A stretch of 64,000 nt of DNA from Candidatus Peribacteria bacterium. GTDB taxonomy: Bacteria; Patescibacteriota; Gracilibacteria; Peribacterales; Peribacteraceae. Both the position numbers and the translations under genes were made by a program. This document shows, in pieces, positions 8,973 to 18,653 of the stretch. The first letter of the stretch is position 1. Every line of letters starts with the position of its first letter. The DNA is taken from positions 33,011-97,010 of the forward strand of contig JAYVRL010000006.1 in the NCBI GenBank assembly GCA_043776335.1, written 5' to 3'. The notes under the pieces are model-generated. The model was not told the DNA's origin, made no database searches, and saw only the letters and a list, made by a program, of their open reading frames with translations.

Positions 8973-9686
8973 CTACGGCTGCAAATCGCATCGAGGTTTC
9001 ACTCCGTCCAAAATGACCGCACGAACTTCGCCGCCGCAATGACGACGCACCAATACCGACAATTCCTCTAGCGCCGTCTCAAGATCCGCGCGCGTCATCG
9101 GAGAAATGGCCTCAATCACAAGCACCGCGTCCTTCGTGTCGTTCGTCAGACAAGTGCGAGCGGCCTCTCGCCAATTGAAACGGCGACACAGAACACCTTC
9201 GTCGTCTCGATAGATGACTTCTCCCCTCAGGGGAGGGTCGCTCTCGGTTTCGCCAAGTGCAACGAACGACTCGGTACCGTCGGCGAGTGCCAACACGATG
9301 TCGCCGCAACAAGCGTCCAAATCTTCCCCGCCCGCAGGCGCGATATGCCGAAGCGAGATCGCGTTGTAGAGGTCGACAAGCGGATTGATTCCGGGCAATT
9401 CGCCACCCTTGGTCACGCGTTTCAACAGAGCATGAATCGATGATGGAAATTTGTTTGGATTGCTGCCGAAAGCGCGATGTGCATCTTGCCACGCGGCGAT
9501 GAAAGGATCCGTTTTAAGTTGTTCAGGATCGGAATATTTGGCTCTGATACTCGCTTCTTCGGCACGCAGAAGCGCGCTGATGTCGGGCGAAGAAACAATG
9601 TTGCTTGTGCCTCGCACGATCAGCAAACCGACGTGCAAAGAAGGGAATTTCTCGGTCACCGCCGATGAAAGGAGAAAGGCAGTCAT
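8973..9686 (-). CDS. B3/B4 tRNA-binding-domain protein (PheT B3/4-like, stand-alone)
   Basis: 237 aa. Layout and motifs (NPLVDLYNAISLRHIAPAGGEDLD, RRFNWREA) resemble stand-alone B3/B4 domain proteins. Confidence 0.6.
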   Translation of the reverse strand: MTAFLLSSAVTEKFPSLHVGLLIVRGTSNIVSSPDISALLRAEEASIRAKYSDPEQLKTDPFIAAWQDAHRAFGSNPNKFPSSIHALLKRVTKGGELPGINPLVDLYNAISLRHIAPAGGEDLDACCGDIVLALADGTESFVALGETESDPPLRGEVIYRDDEGVLCRRFNWREAARTCLTNDTKDAVLVIEAISPMTRADLETALEELSVLVRRHCGGEVRAVILDGVKPRCDLQP

Positions 9687-9747
9687 AAACGAACGTACTT
9701 CGCCATCGGTGATGATCGAATCAGCGAGAGAGGATCACAGCTTCACG

Positions 9748-10344
9748 TCACTTCGCCGTCGCGCTCTTCGCCGTCGGATCGACGAACGAAATGTTTTTCA
9801 AAATGAATTCAACTTGGCTCGCCTCGCTGTCTTGGATGCTGAGGGGGAACGAACCGGTGAAGGTGTAACCGGTGTTGTCATGCACCGCGGAGAGCTGATA
9901 GTAGCGACGAACGGGCTGCTCGGGCGCCGGTCGGGCGCTGAACACGTGCACCGCGGTTTCTTTGCCGTCGATGAAGCTCACGATCTTGTCGATCAGTTTG
10001 TAATCAGGAAGCGCCGACACCGCGAGTACGTTGGAATTGTTGTAATCGGTCGTCGACAAATCCTGCGTGAGCGGCTCGCGCGTGACCGTGACGGTATCAA
10101 GCTGACCGGCGTGCGGCGTATCGAATTGGAAAGCGGCGACGGTCTCCTCCGGCACACCGAGCTGCGTCAATGTGTCCCTCGACAATACTTTCCATCCCTT
10201 GGGCAAACATGCGGCAAAGGAGCTGTTCCAGAACTGTTGATCGCACACGACTTTGCCTGCGGTGGAACTGCTGGAACCGCACGCGGTAAAAAGCGTGAGG
10301 AACGACAGAAGAATCGCTGATCGAAAACGCATCATGGAATACAT
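9748..10344 (-). CDS. lipoprotein, unknown function
   Basis: ORF 9748..10407 trimmed to ATG 10344. Signal plus lipobox MYSMMRFRSAILLSFLTLFTAC. Confidence 0.6.
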   Translation of the reverse strand: MYSMMRFRSAILLSFLTLFTACGSSSSTAGKVVCDQQFWNSSFAACLPKGWKVLSRDTLTQLGVPEETVAAFQFDTPHAGQLDTVTVTREPLTQDLSTTDYNNSNVLAVSALPDYKLIDKIVSFIDGKETAVHVFSARPAPEQPVRRYYQLSAVHDNTGYTFTGSFPLSIQDSEASQVEFILKNISFVDPTAKSATAK

Positions 10345-10481
10345 CCTACCACGGACGATTCCCGGATGAAGTTTCACGCGATGCTCGATCGAAGTTGGCA
10401 TTGACACTCAAGGGGAAATAGGAGGAATAGATCTATGGAAGAATGGCTTCTAAATGCTATTTTTGCTATAATAAAAAGAAT

Positions 10482-12950
10482 ATGAAAAACGCGACGTTCT
10501 CGGCGCTCTCCCTGCTCGCACTCACCCTGCAGCTGGCGACTCCGACGGCGGGTGCCACGGGCGCTTGCTCCGTCAGTGCTCTCGATACGGTTGCCGGCCT
10601 CGGCACGCAGGTTTCAGTGAACATGTGCGATGCGGGACTCGCGACGATCATCGAGATGCGCGGACCGGAGAGTGCAATCTATATCCAACACATCACTCTG
10701 GATGCGGGAGGTTCCGCGACGACGTTGATCCCTTCCAAAAATACGATCGCCGCAGGACGTTACGAATTCACGGTCGCAGGCAAAAGCGGCAGTTTCAATG
10801 TGCTGGCCGATCGCGCGGACGACGCGCACTCCACGCTGACCGTGACTCCGCAGATCATCGCAGCCGACGGTCAATCCTCGGCGACGGTCACCGCCGTACT
10901 GAGAGACCGTTACGACAATGCCGTATCGGGGCGGCCGCTCGCGCTCATCGCCAGCCGCCTCACGGACGAAGTCGAGGCACAATCGAAGCAAACCGATGAC
11001 AACGGCCGTTTCCTCTGGACCGTGCGTTCGGCGGAACGGGGCACCACAAGTCTCGTGGTCTACGACATCGCTGGTGCGAGGCAGATGAAGCTCCGTGTGA
11101 ATCTGTCGTTCGGCTCCAAAAGCTCGACACTCGGAGCATCGCTCACCGGATTCGAACAAGGCGGCACCTCACCGCAAAAGGCAATCGCTCCCAGTGCGTG
11201 GACCGCGGCTACCACGGACATCACCACGACGGATACGATGATCGATCACTATGAAGTTGCGCTGCCGCAGAACGCCACCGACGTGAAAGCGAACGAACTC
11301 TTCAGTCTGACGATTCGCGCGATGCGCGGAACGGAATTGATCCGAGGATATATCGGCACGCTCGTCGTGAAGTGCTCGGATACGGACGCGGATTTGCCGA
11401 AGAAAGGCACCGATCCGAAAAACCCGAAACTCGGGCACGTGGACATGCGCGGCGTCGATCAGGGCGAACGCAACGTGCCGCTGGCTTTCGTCTTGCGCGC
11501 CACGGGAACGCAGACCATCGAGTTCGCGGATCAAATGGATGCGACGATCACGGGGAAAATCACACTCAATGTCACGGGCGGCGACAGCGGCGGCACGGGG
11601 AAAATCACGATTCTCGATCCTCGAGACCGTTCCACGATCCGCAGCGGTCCCATCACGCTCCAGGGTCACGCTCCGAGTCTCGTGAATCTGAAAGTGAAAG
11701 GCGGATCCGATGTCGTCATGGGCGAAACGGATTCAGAAGGCGTCTTCCGCATCAACGTCCCGATCAATCCTCAAGACAAAGAAGTGACGCTCTTCGTCAC
11801 GAGCGAAAACGGCACGTACGAATCCGACCCCGTGCATATCATCATCGACACCGATCCTCCAGTGATCTCAACGATCACGATCGATCCCGCCGAAACGAAA
11901 GCGACTGATCAAGCGCAGCTCACCGTGAAATCCGAGCCCGCTCTCGGCGCCGTGACGGCATCGATGAACGGTCAAAACTTCACGCTCATAGAAGACCCCG
12001 CAAGCCCTGGGCAATATCAAGTGGCGCTCACTGCGCCCGCTCAAGAAGGCACCTATGACATCACCGTCACCGCTGCCGATCCGGTCGGCAACACGACGAC
12101 GATGCTCACGAAGTGGACGGTGAAAGCCAAAAGCATGCCGATCGTCCAGAATGTCACGGCCGAAGCGCAGGCCGCGACGATCGCGGTAAAATGGACGGCG
12201 ATCACGGCGGTGCCGGTAATCAACTATAAAATCTACATCTCGACGGAAGACGATCCGACGAATTATCTCTACGGCATCTCGACCGGCAAACCGGTGACAT
12301 CCGCCGTGATCAAAGATCTGCCTCTCGGCAAAACGTATCTGTTCTCTCTCACGGCGATCGGCGGAGAAAACATGGAGAGTCCGGAGAAAAGCATCCCCGC
12401 CAAAGCGGCCCCTCTCGGACTGCAAATCACCGTCATCCCCGGCCAAGACAGCTTGATGCTGGAGTGGATGCCGATGCCGAACCTCCCGCTCGATCACTAC
12501 GTGCTGCAATACGGCACCGAAGCGGGCGTGTATCCCGAGCAACGGACGGTAAACGGAGAAGCGAAGGCCACGGTGTTGCATGATCTCCTGAACGGCGTGA
12601 CCTACGAAGTGAAGCTGACTCCCGTGACGGTCACCGGCAAACCGATGCCCGAACTCGCCGCCATCGGCCACGGAACGGTCGGCGGTACTGGTTTCACCGC
12701 AGGCCCCGTTGACCCGGTGCCGACGGATATCCTCGGTCATCCCGGCGCACCGCTGCACAATCCGAATCCCCTTCCGAATCCCAATCTCGTGGACGTGCCG
12801 ACGAATTCCGGCAGCGGCCTTTCATCCATGATGCTCGGCTTCGTCGGCATGATCGCTCTCGTCGGCGGTCTCCTGTGGCGCCGCATGAAAATGGAACAAC
12901 GAAAGACGCGTGATTTCATGCTCATGATGCAGCAACGCTATCACTTGTGA
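10482..12950 (+). CDS. large cell-surface protein with Ig-like/fibronectin-III-like repeats and C-terminal membrane anchor
   Basis: ORF 10443..12950 trimmed to ATG 10482 (MKNATFSALSLLALTLQLATPTAGA signal). Repeated beta-rich T/V/S modules. The C-terminus is ...VPTNSGSG, then hydrophobic LSSMMLGFVGMIALVGGLLW, then RRMK. Confidence 0.75.
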   Translation: MKNATFSALSLLALTLQLATPTAGATGACSVSALDTVAGLGTQVSVNMCDAGLATIIEMRGPESAIYIQHITLDAGGSATTLIPSKNTIAAGRYEFTVAGKSGSFNVLADRADDAHSTLTVTPQIIAADGQSSATVTAVLRDRYDNAVSGRPLALIASRLTDEVEAQSKQTDDNGRFLWTVRSAERGTTSLVVYDIAGARQMKLRVNLSFGSKSSTLGASLTGFEQGGTSPQKAIAPSAWTAATTDITTTDTMIDHYEVALPQNATDVKANELFSLTIRAMRGTELIRGYIGTLVVKCSDTDADLPKKGTDPKNPKLGHVDMRGVDQGERNVPLAFVLRATGTQTIEFADQMDATITGKITLNVTGGDSGGTGKITILDPRDRSTIRSGPITLQGHAPSLVNLKVKGGSDVVMGETDSEGVFRINVPINPQDKEVTLFVTSENGTYESDPVHIIIDTDPPVISTITIDPAETKATDQAQLTVKSEPALGAVTASMNGQNFTLIEDPASPGQYQVALTAPAQEGTYDITVTAADPVGNTTTMLTKWTVKAKSMPIVQNVTAEAQAATIAVKWTAITAVPVINYKIYISTEDDPTNYLYGISTGKPVTSAVIKDLPLGKTYLFSLTAIGGENMESPEKSIPAKAAPLGLQITVIPGQDSLMLEWMPMPNLPLDHYVLQYGTEAGVYPEQRTVNGEAKATVLHDLLNGVTYEVKLTPVTVTGKPMPELAAIGHGTVGGTGFTAGPVDPVPTDILGHPGAPLHNPNPLPNPNLVDVPTNSGSGLSSMMLGFVGMIALVGGLLWRRMKMEQRKTRDFMLMMQQRYHL

Positions 12951-12954
12951 CCTC

Positions 12955-13962
12955 ATGGACTCTTCAAACTCACACCCTCAACGCAAGCGCACGCTCTCCA
13001 TCGGAGGCGCAACGTATGATTTGTTTTTGACGATGTGCGACGGACTGAAAACGGAAGGAGGCACGATTCATTTGGACATCGGATCGAAGATCGAAGTGGA
13101 GCGCGTCATCGAAAGCTGCGGCGGTGGGGCATGCAACACCTCGGTCGGGCTCTCGCGTTTGGGCCTCGCTGCGTCGTTCTGCGGCGTGCTCGGTTCCGAT
13201 CAATGGGGTGTGAAATTGCTCGAAACTTTGAAGCACGAACATGTCGACGCTTCGTCCGCGACCATCGTCGAAGACGAAACGAGCAGCTTCTCCATCATCC
13301 TCACGCTGAAGAACGGCGAACGAACGATCCTCTACGCGGGCGGCGTGAACGAACATTTGCACGATACGACCTTCGACGTGGAAGCGATGAGTCGCGCGGA
13401 TGCGGTGTATCTGAATCATTTGTGCGAGACGTCATGCATGATCGAGGACGATATCGTAGACATGATCCTCGGCTATCCGAACATCCATCTGACGTGGAAC
13501 CCCGGCGGCTGTCAGATCGCGCAAGGCATGCGTGCGCCGGACAAAGTGAAGCTCCTGAAAGGCACCAACGTCTTGCTCCTCAATAAGGAGGAGGCTCTCG
13601 CCTTCAGCGGATCGACGGATGTTTCAGAGGCGCTCAAGAAACTGACGAACGCGGGCGTGAAGCACGTATGCATCACGGACGGCAAGAACGGTTCGCTCGC
13701 ATCCGACGGCACGCATGTCTATCGTTGCCCCATCTTGAAAGACGTGACGGTGGTCGATACGACGGGTGCCGGAGACGCCTTCGGAACGGCCGTCACCTGG
13801 GCGCTCGTGACCGGCCATTCGTTGCAAAACGCGCTCATCTGCGGTACACTGAATTCTGCAAGTGTCGTCGGTGTCATTGGCGCGCAAGCGGGGCTGCTCA
13901 CAGAAACTCAGATCACGGAACGCTTGAGTCAGCATCTTCTCAACGTCGAGACCATCTCTTGA
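12955..13962 (+). CDS. PfkB-family carbohydrate/nucleoside kinase (ribokinase-like)
   Basis: 335 aa with N-terminal GG motif (ESCGGGACN) and C-terminal DTTGAGDAFGTA ATP-binding motif. Confidence 0.8.
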   Translation: MDSSNSHPQRKRTLSIGGATYDLFLTMCDGLKTEGGTIHLDIGSKIEVERVIESCGGGACNTSVGLSRLGLAASFCGVLGSDQWGVKLLETLKHEHVDASSATIVEDETSSFSIILTLKNGERTILYAGGVNEHLHDTTFDVEAMSRADAVYLNHLCETSCMIEDDIVDMILGYPNIHLTWNPGGCQIAQGMRAPDKVKLLKGTNVLLLNKEEALAFSGSTDVSEALKKLTNAGVKHVCITDGKNGSLASDGTHVYRCPILKDVTVVDTTGAGDAFGTAVTWALVTGHSLQNALICGTLNSASVVGVIGAQAGLLTETQITERLSQHLLNVETIS

Positions 13963-13993
13963 TTCTCATCTACACACACTCCCCTCATCACCC

Positions 13994-14659
13994 ATGTCAG
14001 ACGACAACCTCCTCGCCATTCAAGAACTGATCGATTCCGCGATGAGCTCCCTGAAGACCGCCAACAGTCTCATCAAAGGGCTTACGGGCGTGTCGGATTC
14101 TTCTCGTGAACGTCTGACGACGCGCGCCAGCTCGATGGGCATGAGCGCGTACTCTTCGACAGCTACGAAAGTGGTGGAAGGGATCTTCGACGGCCAAAAC
14201 ATGGTCGATGCGCAGAACCAGACGTATCCGATCCCCGCAAACTACGCCTCAAAGAGCAAACTCGTCGAAGGCGACGGCATGAAACTCACGATCACCGACG
14301 AAGGAAAATTCATCTACAAACAAATCGCGCCGATCGATCGTCGCACCATGGTGGGCGTGCTCATCCAAGAAGACGGCCAATACAAAGTGCTCGCTGAAGG
14401 AAAAGCCTACAGACTCCTTCTTGCATCCGTGACGTTCTACCGCGCCGAAGTCGGCGATCAAGTGACGATCCTCGTACCGAAGACGGGCAACGCCAACTGG
14501 GGAGCTGTGGAGGCCATCATCCCGAAGCACCTCGCGGAAGCCGCCGCCAAAGCATCATTCGCGGAAGAGATCGGTGAAGAAGTTCCGAAAAAGAAAAGCC
14601 GTCTCACGAAGTCCAAGAAAACCGAAGACGGCGAGCTCAGTCCGAAGATGGAGGATTAA
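13994..14659 (+). CDS. hypothetical protein
   Basis: 221-aa ORF with protein-like composition, a lysine-rich acidic tail and no recognised motif. Confidence 0.5.
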   Translation: MSDDNLLAIQELIDSAMSSLKTANSLIKGLTGVSDSSRERLTTRASSMGMSAYSSTATKVVEGIFDGQNMVDAQNQTYPIPANYASKSKLVEGDGMKLTITDEGKFIYKQIAPIDRRTMVGVLIQEDGQYKVLAEGKAYRLLLASVTFYRAEVGDQVTILVPKTGNANWGAVEAIIPKHLAEAAAKASFAEEIGEEVPKKKSRLTKSKKTEDGELSPKMED

Positions 14660-14728
14660 TCACGAGCTGAACGCTTCGTTCCCTATCGCATTTTTCTCGT
14701 GCAAGAACATTGCTTGCGAAAGAGCGGA

Positions 14729-16138
14729 ATGGAAAAAATTGCATTGAACATCGCGCAGACAAAGAAAGAACAGCGTGATATTCTCTCCCTCCGTATGCAG
14801 GTGTCTCCGCGCGTGTACGCTCCGATCTTGATCGCGCTCGCTCTGAGCGCGGTGATCGGCGGTTTGTTCCTCTGGCAAATCCACTCTTCGGTGAAGACGA
14901 TCGAGTCGTCTTTCACGGTGCAGGGAAACAATGCGAACTTCTTGAAAAAACTCCTGCCCGGAAAAAACTCGACCACCCTCGACAGCGTCAGCCAATCGCA
15001 ATCGTTGATGGAGCTGCGACAAGGAGAAATCTTCGAATTGAAGGGAGAATGGAAACAGGCGCAAACGCACTATGAAAAAAGCGTCCAAACGGGCGGCGGT
15101 TCGCCGGCATTGAAAAAACTGGCAAGCATCCAGCTCCAACGTCGGGAATATGACGATGCCAAGCAAACGATCGACACACTGAAAGAGGAGAGCCGCGACA
15201 GCGACGACATCATGCTGCTGGAAGGCATCCTCGCGCTGCGCAAAGGTGACGGTGCGGCGGCCATCGCCATTTTCAGTCGCAGAGCGGACGCGCCGCAGTC
15301 GCACTACGGACTCGGCCTTGCGGCCATCAGTCGCGGCGATCATCCGTCGGCGCAGAAAGAATTCACCCTCGCCGCGCAAGGCAGCGACGCGACCATCCGC
15401 GATTATGCGAAGAAGATTCTTGCTTCATACGACGAATTTTCGCTCTTTCCGAACGGACAAGACATTCATCTCGCCACGCTGATCAGTCGTGCGCTCGCGG
15501 AAGTGAACGAATGTGAAACGGCGCTGCCACTTCTGAATGCAGTCGTCCTGAAACAGGGTCATTACCGCGATGCGTGGATCGTCAAAGGTTACTGCGAATT
15601 CACCTCCGAGAGACTGCCGGACGCGCTCACATCGCTCGAACAAGCCTACTCGCTGGATCCCGAGAAACCCGAGATTCAATACTTCCTCGCGCGCACGCAC
15701 GCGGCGCTCGGCGATCCGCAGAATGCCGTGACCTTCTTGCAATACGCTCTCGCCAACGGCTTCACTCCGCAAAAAGACGCCCGCGAATTGCTCGCGGAAT
15801 ATGCGACGGAGCTCGGCAACACCGATCTCGCCCTCGAGCAGTACAAACTGCTCGCGGAGGCGAAAGACAGCGACGTGCCGACGTATGCGAAATACATCAA
15901 TCTCGCGGTCGGATCGACGAATCACGCGCTCGACGCATTGAGTCTTGCCAAAGAAGCACTCGCTCGTTGGCCGGATGACGTGCCTGCGCTCACGTTGACC
16001 GCGAGAGCGGCTCTGGCAGCGGGACTGCCCGATGACGCCGAAAAGTACGTCGAAAGCGCACTCAAAATCGACCCGAAGTATCCGAAAGCACTCGAAGTGC
16101 GCGACGCGATCAAAAAGGCGGGAGTAACTGCGAAATGA
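14729..16138 (+). CDS. membrane-anchored tetratricopeptide-repeat (TPR) protein
   Basis: ORF 14699 (GTG)..16138 with preferred ATG at 14729. TM segment YAPILIALALSAVIGGLFLW followed by multiple A/L/Y-rich 34-aa-type repeats (...AEKYVESALKIDPKYPKALE). Confidence 0.75.
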   Translation: MEKIALNIAQTKKEQRDILSLRMQVSPRVYAPILIALALSAVIGGLFLWQIHSSVKTIESSFTVQGNNANFLKKLLPGKNSTTLDSVSQSQSLMELRQGEIFELKGEWKQAQTHYEKSVQTGGGSPALKKLASIQLQRREYDDAKQTIDTLKEESRDSDDIMLLEGILALRKGDGAAAIAIFSRRADAPQSHYGLGLAAISRGDHPSAQKEFTLAAQGSDATIRDYAKKILASYDEFSLFPNGQDIHLATLISRALAEVNECETALPLLNAVVLKQGHYRDAWIVKGYCEFTSERLPDALTSLEQAYSLDPEKPEIQYFLARTHAALGDPQNAVTFLQYALANGFTPQKDARELLAEYATELGNTDLALEQYKLLAEAKDSDVPTYAKYINLAVGSTNHALDALSLAKEALARWPDDVPALTLTARAALAAGLPDDAEKYVESALKIDPKYPKALEVRDAIKKAGVTAK

Positions 16139-16150
16139 TGATCACTTCGA

Positions 16151-16555
16151 TCAATGCTCTTCGACAGGCTGCAGCATTTTACCGAGCTTTCCCATCACCG
16201 GACGATCGACGTACCACTCCTCTCCGGTTTGGCTGAAGGAAATTTCGAGAGAACTGTCCTTGTGCTTGCCCTGCGTGCGGACGCCGCAACGATCGACCGG
16301 ACCGAGCAAGAAAGTCACGTCGCTTGTCGCCGTATTCTGAAAGAAAAAACAAACGTTCTCTTCGTTTTTTCCTTGAAATTCGAAACGAAGAAACGTGTGC
16401 GGGTTTGCGGGACTGAATGAATCCGTCCCCGTCTTCTTGAGAACCCCCTGATACGCAGTGCCGCCGATATACGGCAACGCCTTGCGGCTGATCTCCCCTT
16501 TATAATCGGGGTTGTTGGCGACTGGCTCGGCAGACTCACGAATGCGATTTGTCAT
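16151..16555 (-). CDS. hypothetical protein
   Basis: ORF 16151..16636 trimmed to ATG 16555 (MTNRIRESAEP...). The upstream in-frame part is K/R-rich and runs through a terminator hairpin. Confidence 0.5.
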   Translation of the reverse strand: MTNRIRESAEPVANNPDYKGEISRKALPYIGGTAYQGVLKKTGTDSFSPANPHTFLRFEFQGKNEENVCFFFQNTATSDVTFLLGPVDRCGVRTQGKHKDSSLEISFSQTGEEWYVDRPVMGKLGKMLQPVEEH

Positions 16556-16634
16556 GAGATGAATGGGATGGAATATGTGTGTCAGATTGAGTTTTTTTCG
16601 TCGTTTTTTTCGGAGGAATGCTCTCCTCATAAAC

Positions 16635-16659
16635 AAAAAGACCGGCGAGCGGTCTTTTT
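16635..16659. terminator. bidirectional intrinsic-terminator-like hairpin
   Basis: AAAAAGACCG-gcgag-CGGTCTTTTT: a 6-bp stem flanked by an A5 run on the left and a T5 run on the right. Confidence 0.6.
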
Positions 16660-16714
16660 GTATTTGTGTTCACCTCCTCGGCTATCAATGAATGAATGGT
16701 TGGAAACGTTCACT

Positions 16715-17018
16715 GAGCCTTCGTGCGGAGGGTGCACATGGGAGATGAGCCCCGAATCCCTGCCTTGCTGCGGTCTCTTGTTTCTCCTCGTGACCAGACG
16801 AAGTCCCCGTACCGGTTCACCGCGCGATGCCTAAGGCTTCGGGGGAACACTGGGGAGAAAGGGGATGCACCCCCCTGAGCTCATCTCTTCAGAAGGGCGA
16901 CGTTGCAGAGCAGAGAGGGTGGCGATCACGGGGCGAAGCCTCGGTGACGACTACCCTCTCAACTTCCGACTACCTGTGATGCGAAGGATCTTATGTGTGG
17001 TGGCTCCGGAGCCGTCAC
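16715..17018 (+). ncRNA. candidate structured RNA of unknown class (strand uncertain)
   Basis: No ORF of 60 aa or more spans this ~500-bp gap in an otherwise tightly packed segment (the track's 91-aa ORF 16559..16834(+) only reaches its left edge). Helices: 11-bp long-range 16740-16750/16879-16889; 9-bp 16781-16789/16852-16860; 6-bp 16804-16809/16840-16845; 48-nt hairpin 16913-16960; 9-bp hairpin 16997-17018. Several internal G-U pairs exist only on the plus strand. Confidence 0.4.
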
Positions 17019-17176
17019 GATGTGTGTTGGTGTGATCTCGATTTCTTTCTTTTGAAGAAATCATGCCATTGTATTCTCTAGAGGAAATTCAGCAAGCAGA
17101 TAGGATGGTAAAAACACGGAATTGTTGTATTTGAACAAATGAGTTGTTCAGCAAAACGCGTGCTATCATCGACCAG

Positions 17177-18628
17177 ATGGAAGAATCCCACCACCCGCAC
17201 CTCGTTCGATCGATGATCCTCGCAGTCTGCGGGCTGCTCCTCGCATTCCTCAGCGTCGTATTGGTCGTGGTCTACATCCGCACGGTCAGTCCCCGAACAC
17301 TGAGTTTGGCGTATCGCATCGACAATGAACGCGTGCTGTTCTTCGAACGCACGACGGATCCAGTGGCCTTCATTCGCGGCATCGCCGCCTACGCTCCGCT
17401 GATCGCCCCCGCTCCGCTTCCTTCGGTGAAAGCATTGCCTCAGGGAGTGTCATACGAATTCGCCTTGTTGTATCCGGTGCCCGGTCGCGCGCCGCAGTGG
17501 GCGATCTACGTACACACGAAAGAAAAGACGCACGTCACGATCGTCTCGGAGAACGATCCGCAGATCTTCCTGCCGATCAAAGAGATCAATCGATCCCTCG
17601 GACGTTCCTCCTTCTATAGAGGTCACAACGAAAGCTCTGCACCGAACGCCGTGTACGCGGATTTGAAAACGTTGCCGATCCAAGGAAGCGGCGCATTGGC
17701 GCTGGCGAAAGCCATCGTCACGCCGTATTCGCGCATCATGCTGACATGGAAAGGATCCGTCATGAATCTGATCGCCGAAAAAAAGACACCTGTCCTGTTC
17801 GCGGCGAACCGACCGTCGGTGTCTCTGCTGACGTTGCCAAACATGACGCTTCTGTCTCTCGCATCCAACGATCCGGCCGCGCTGCTCGCGTCACTGGACT
17901 CCGCTCTCGAACAACGAGACGCGAAGCTGGCCGACGGGCTGAAAGGCATCGTCCGGAACATGATCGACGAAGCCGCTCATCGCAGCGACCTCGCGGGCAT
18001 GACGACGGATCTCTTCTCCGAACCCGCCAAGGTTGCGATCGTCCGCGAAGGGAGCGCCATTCATACGCTCCTCATGGGACGCGCCCGCACTGCGAAAACA
18101 TTGAATACATGGCTTGAGGGCGTGCGTGCGATGACCACGCCGACGGAAATCCGCACCCAACACTTCTTCAAAGAAAACATCCGCACGGACGTGAAACCGG
18201 CCGAAACGGAAAAAATGAAAACAATACACGATTGGTCGACGGTGTCCGTCGGCGCATCGGGGAGCACCATGCACTTCTTCATCGCCGTGCATGGCGAACA
18301 ATTCGCCATCTCCGATGATCGCTCCCTGCTCGAAACCGGCATCGGACTCGTGCAGCAATCCGTGTCCCTCACCCCACCGCCCTCTCGGAGGACGTTCATC
18401 GGCAGCGTCGATCCCGCATGGGTGCTTTCCGTGGCGGACTCGATGGTGCCGTTTCTCGCAAACGACCTGCGATCACTCACCCACGCGCTCCTTGGAAAAA
18501 ACATCGCGCATCTGAGCTGGGTGGCGACGGACGGAGCTTCGGCGGCGACGTTCACGTGGTCTGCGTCTCCCCTGACGATGCCTTTGAGCACTTCCGATCT
18601 CCCGCCGAGAAAGACTGGAAAGCCGTGA
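17177..18628 (+). CDS. membrane-anchored hypothetical protein
   Basis: ORF 17144 (TTG)..18628 with preferred ATG at 17177. An extended -10 (TGcTATCAT, 17161-17169) ends 7 nt upstream. N-terminal TM MILAVCGLLLAFLSVVLVVVYI. Not SecD-like, as it has no C-terminal TM bundle. Confidence 0.6.
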   Translation: MEESHHPHLVRSMILAVCGLLLAFLSVVLVVVYIRTVSPRTLSLAYRIDNERVLFFERTTDPVAFIRGIAAYAPLIAPAPLPSVKALPQGVSYEFALLYPVPGRAPQWAIYVHTKEKTHVTIVSENDPQIFLPIKEINRSLGRSSFYRGHNESSAPNAVYADLKTLPIQGSGALALAKAIVTPYSRIMLTWKGSVMNLIAEKKTPVLFAANRPSVSLLTLPNMTLLSLASNDPAALLASLDSALEQRDAKLADGLKGIVRNMIDEAAHRSDLAGMTTDLFSEPAKVAIVREGSAIHTLLMGRARTAKTLNTWLEGVRAMTTPTEIRTQHFFKENIRTDVKPAETEKMKTIHDWSTVSVGASGSTMHFFIAVHGEQFAISDDRSLLETGIGLVQQSVSLTPPPSRRTFIGSVDPAWVLSVADSMVPFLANDLRSLTHALLGKNIAHLSWVATDGASAATFTWSASPLTMPLSTSDLPPRKTGKP

Positions 18629-18653
18629 AGAACACCGCTACCCTCGCTTCACC

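Noticed and set aside
16715-17018. Identification of the structured region as RNase P RNA, tmRNA, SRP/4.5S RNA, 6S RNA or a cobalamin/T-box riboswitch
   Set aside because: I looked on both strands for GAGGAAAGUCC / ACAGAAnnCGGCUUA (RNase P) and for a tRNA-like 3' end with CCA (tmRNA). I also looked for GGAAGCAGCC with a GNRA-capped helix 8 (SRP), the B12 box and the T-box sequence. Only weak partial matches were seen (for example GCAGCAAGGCAG on the minus strand), so the class is left open.
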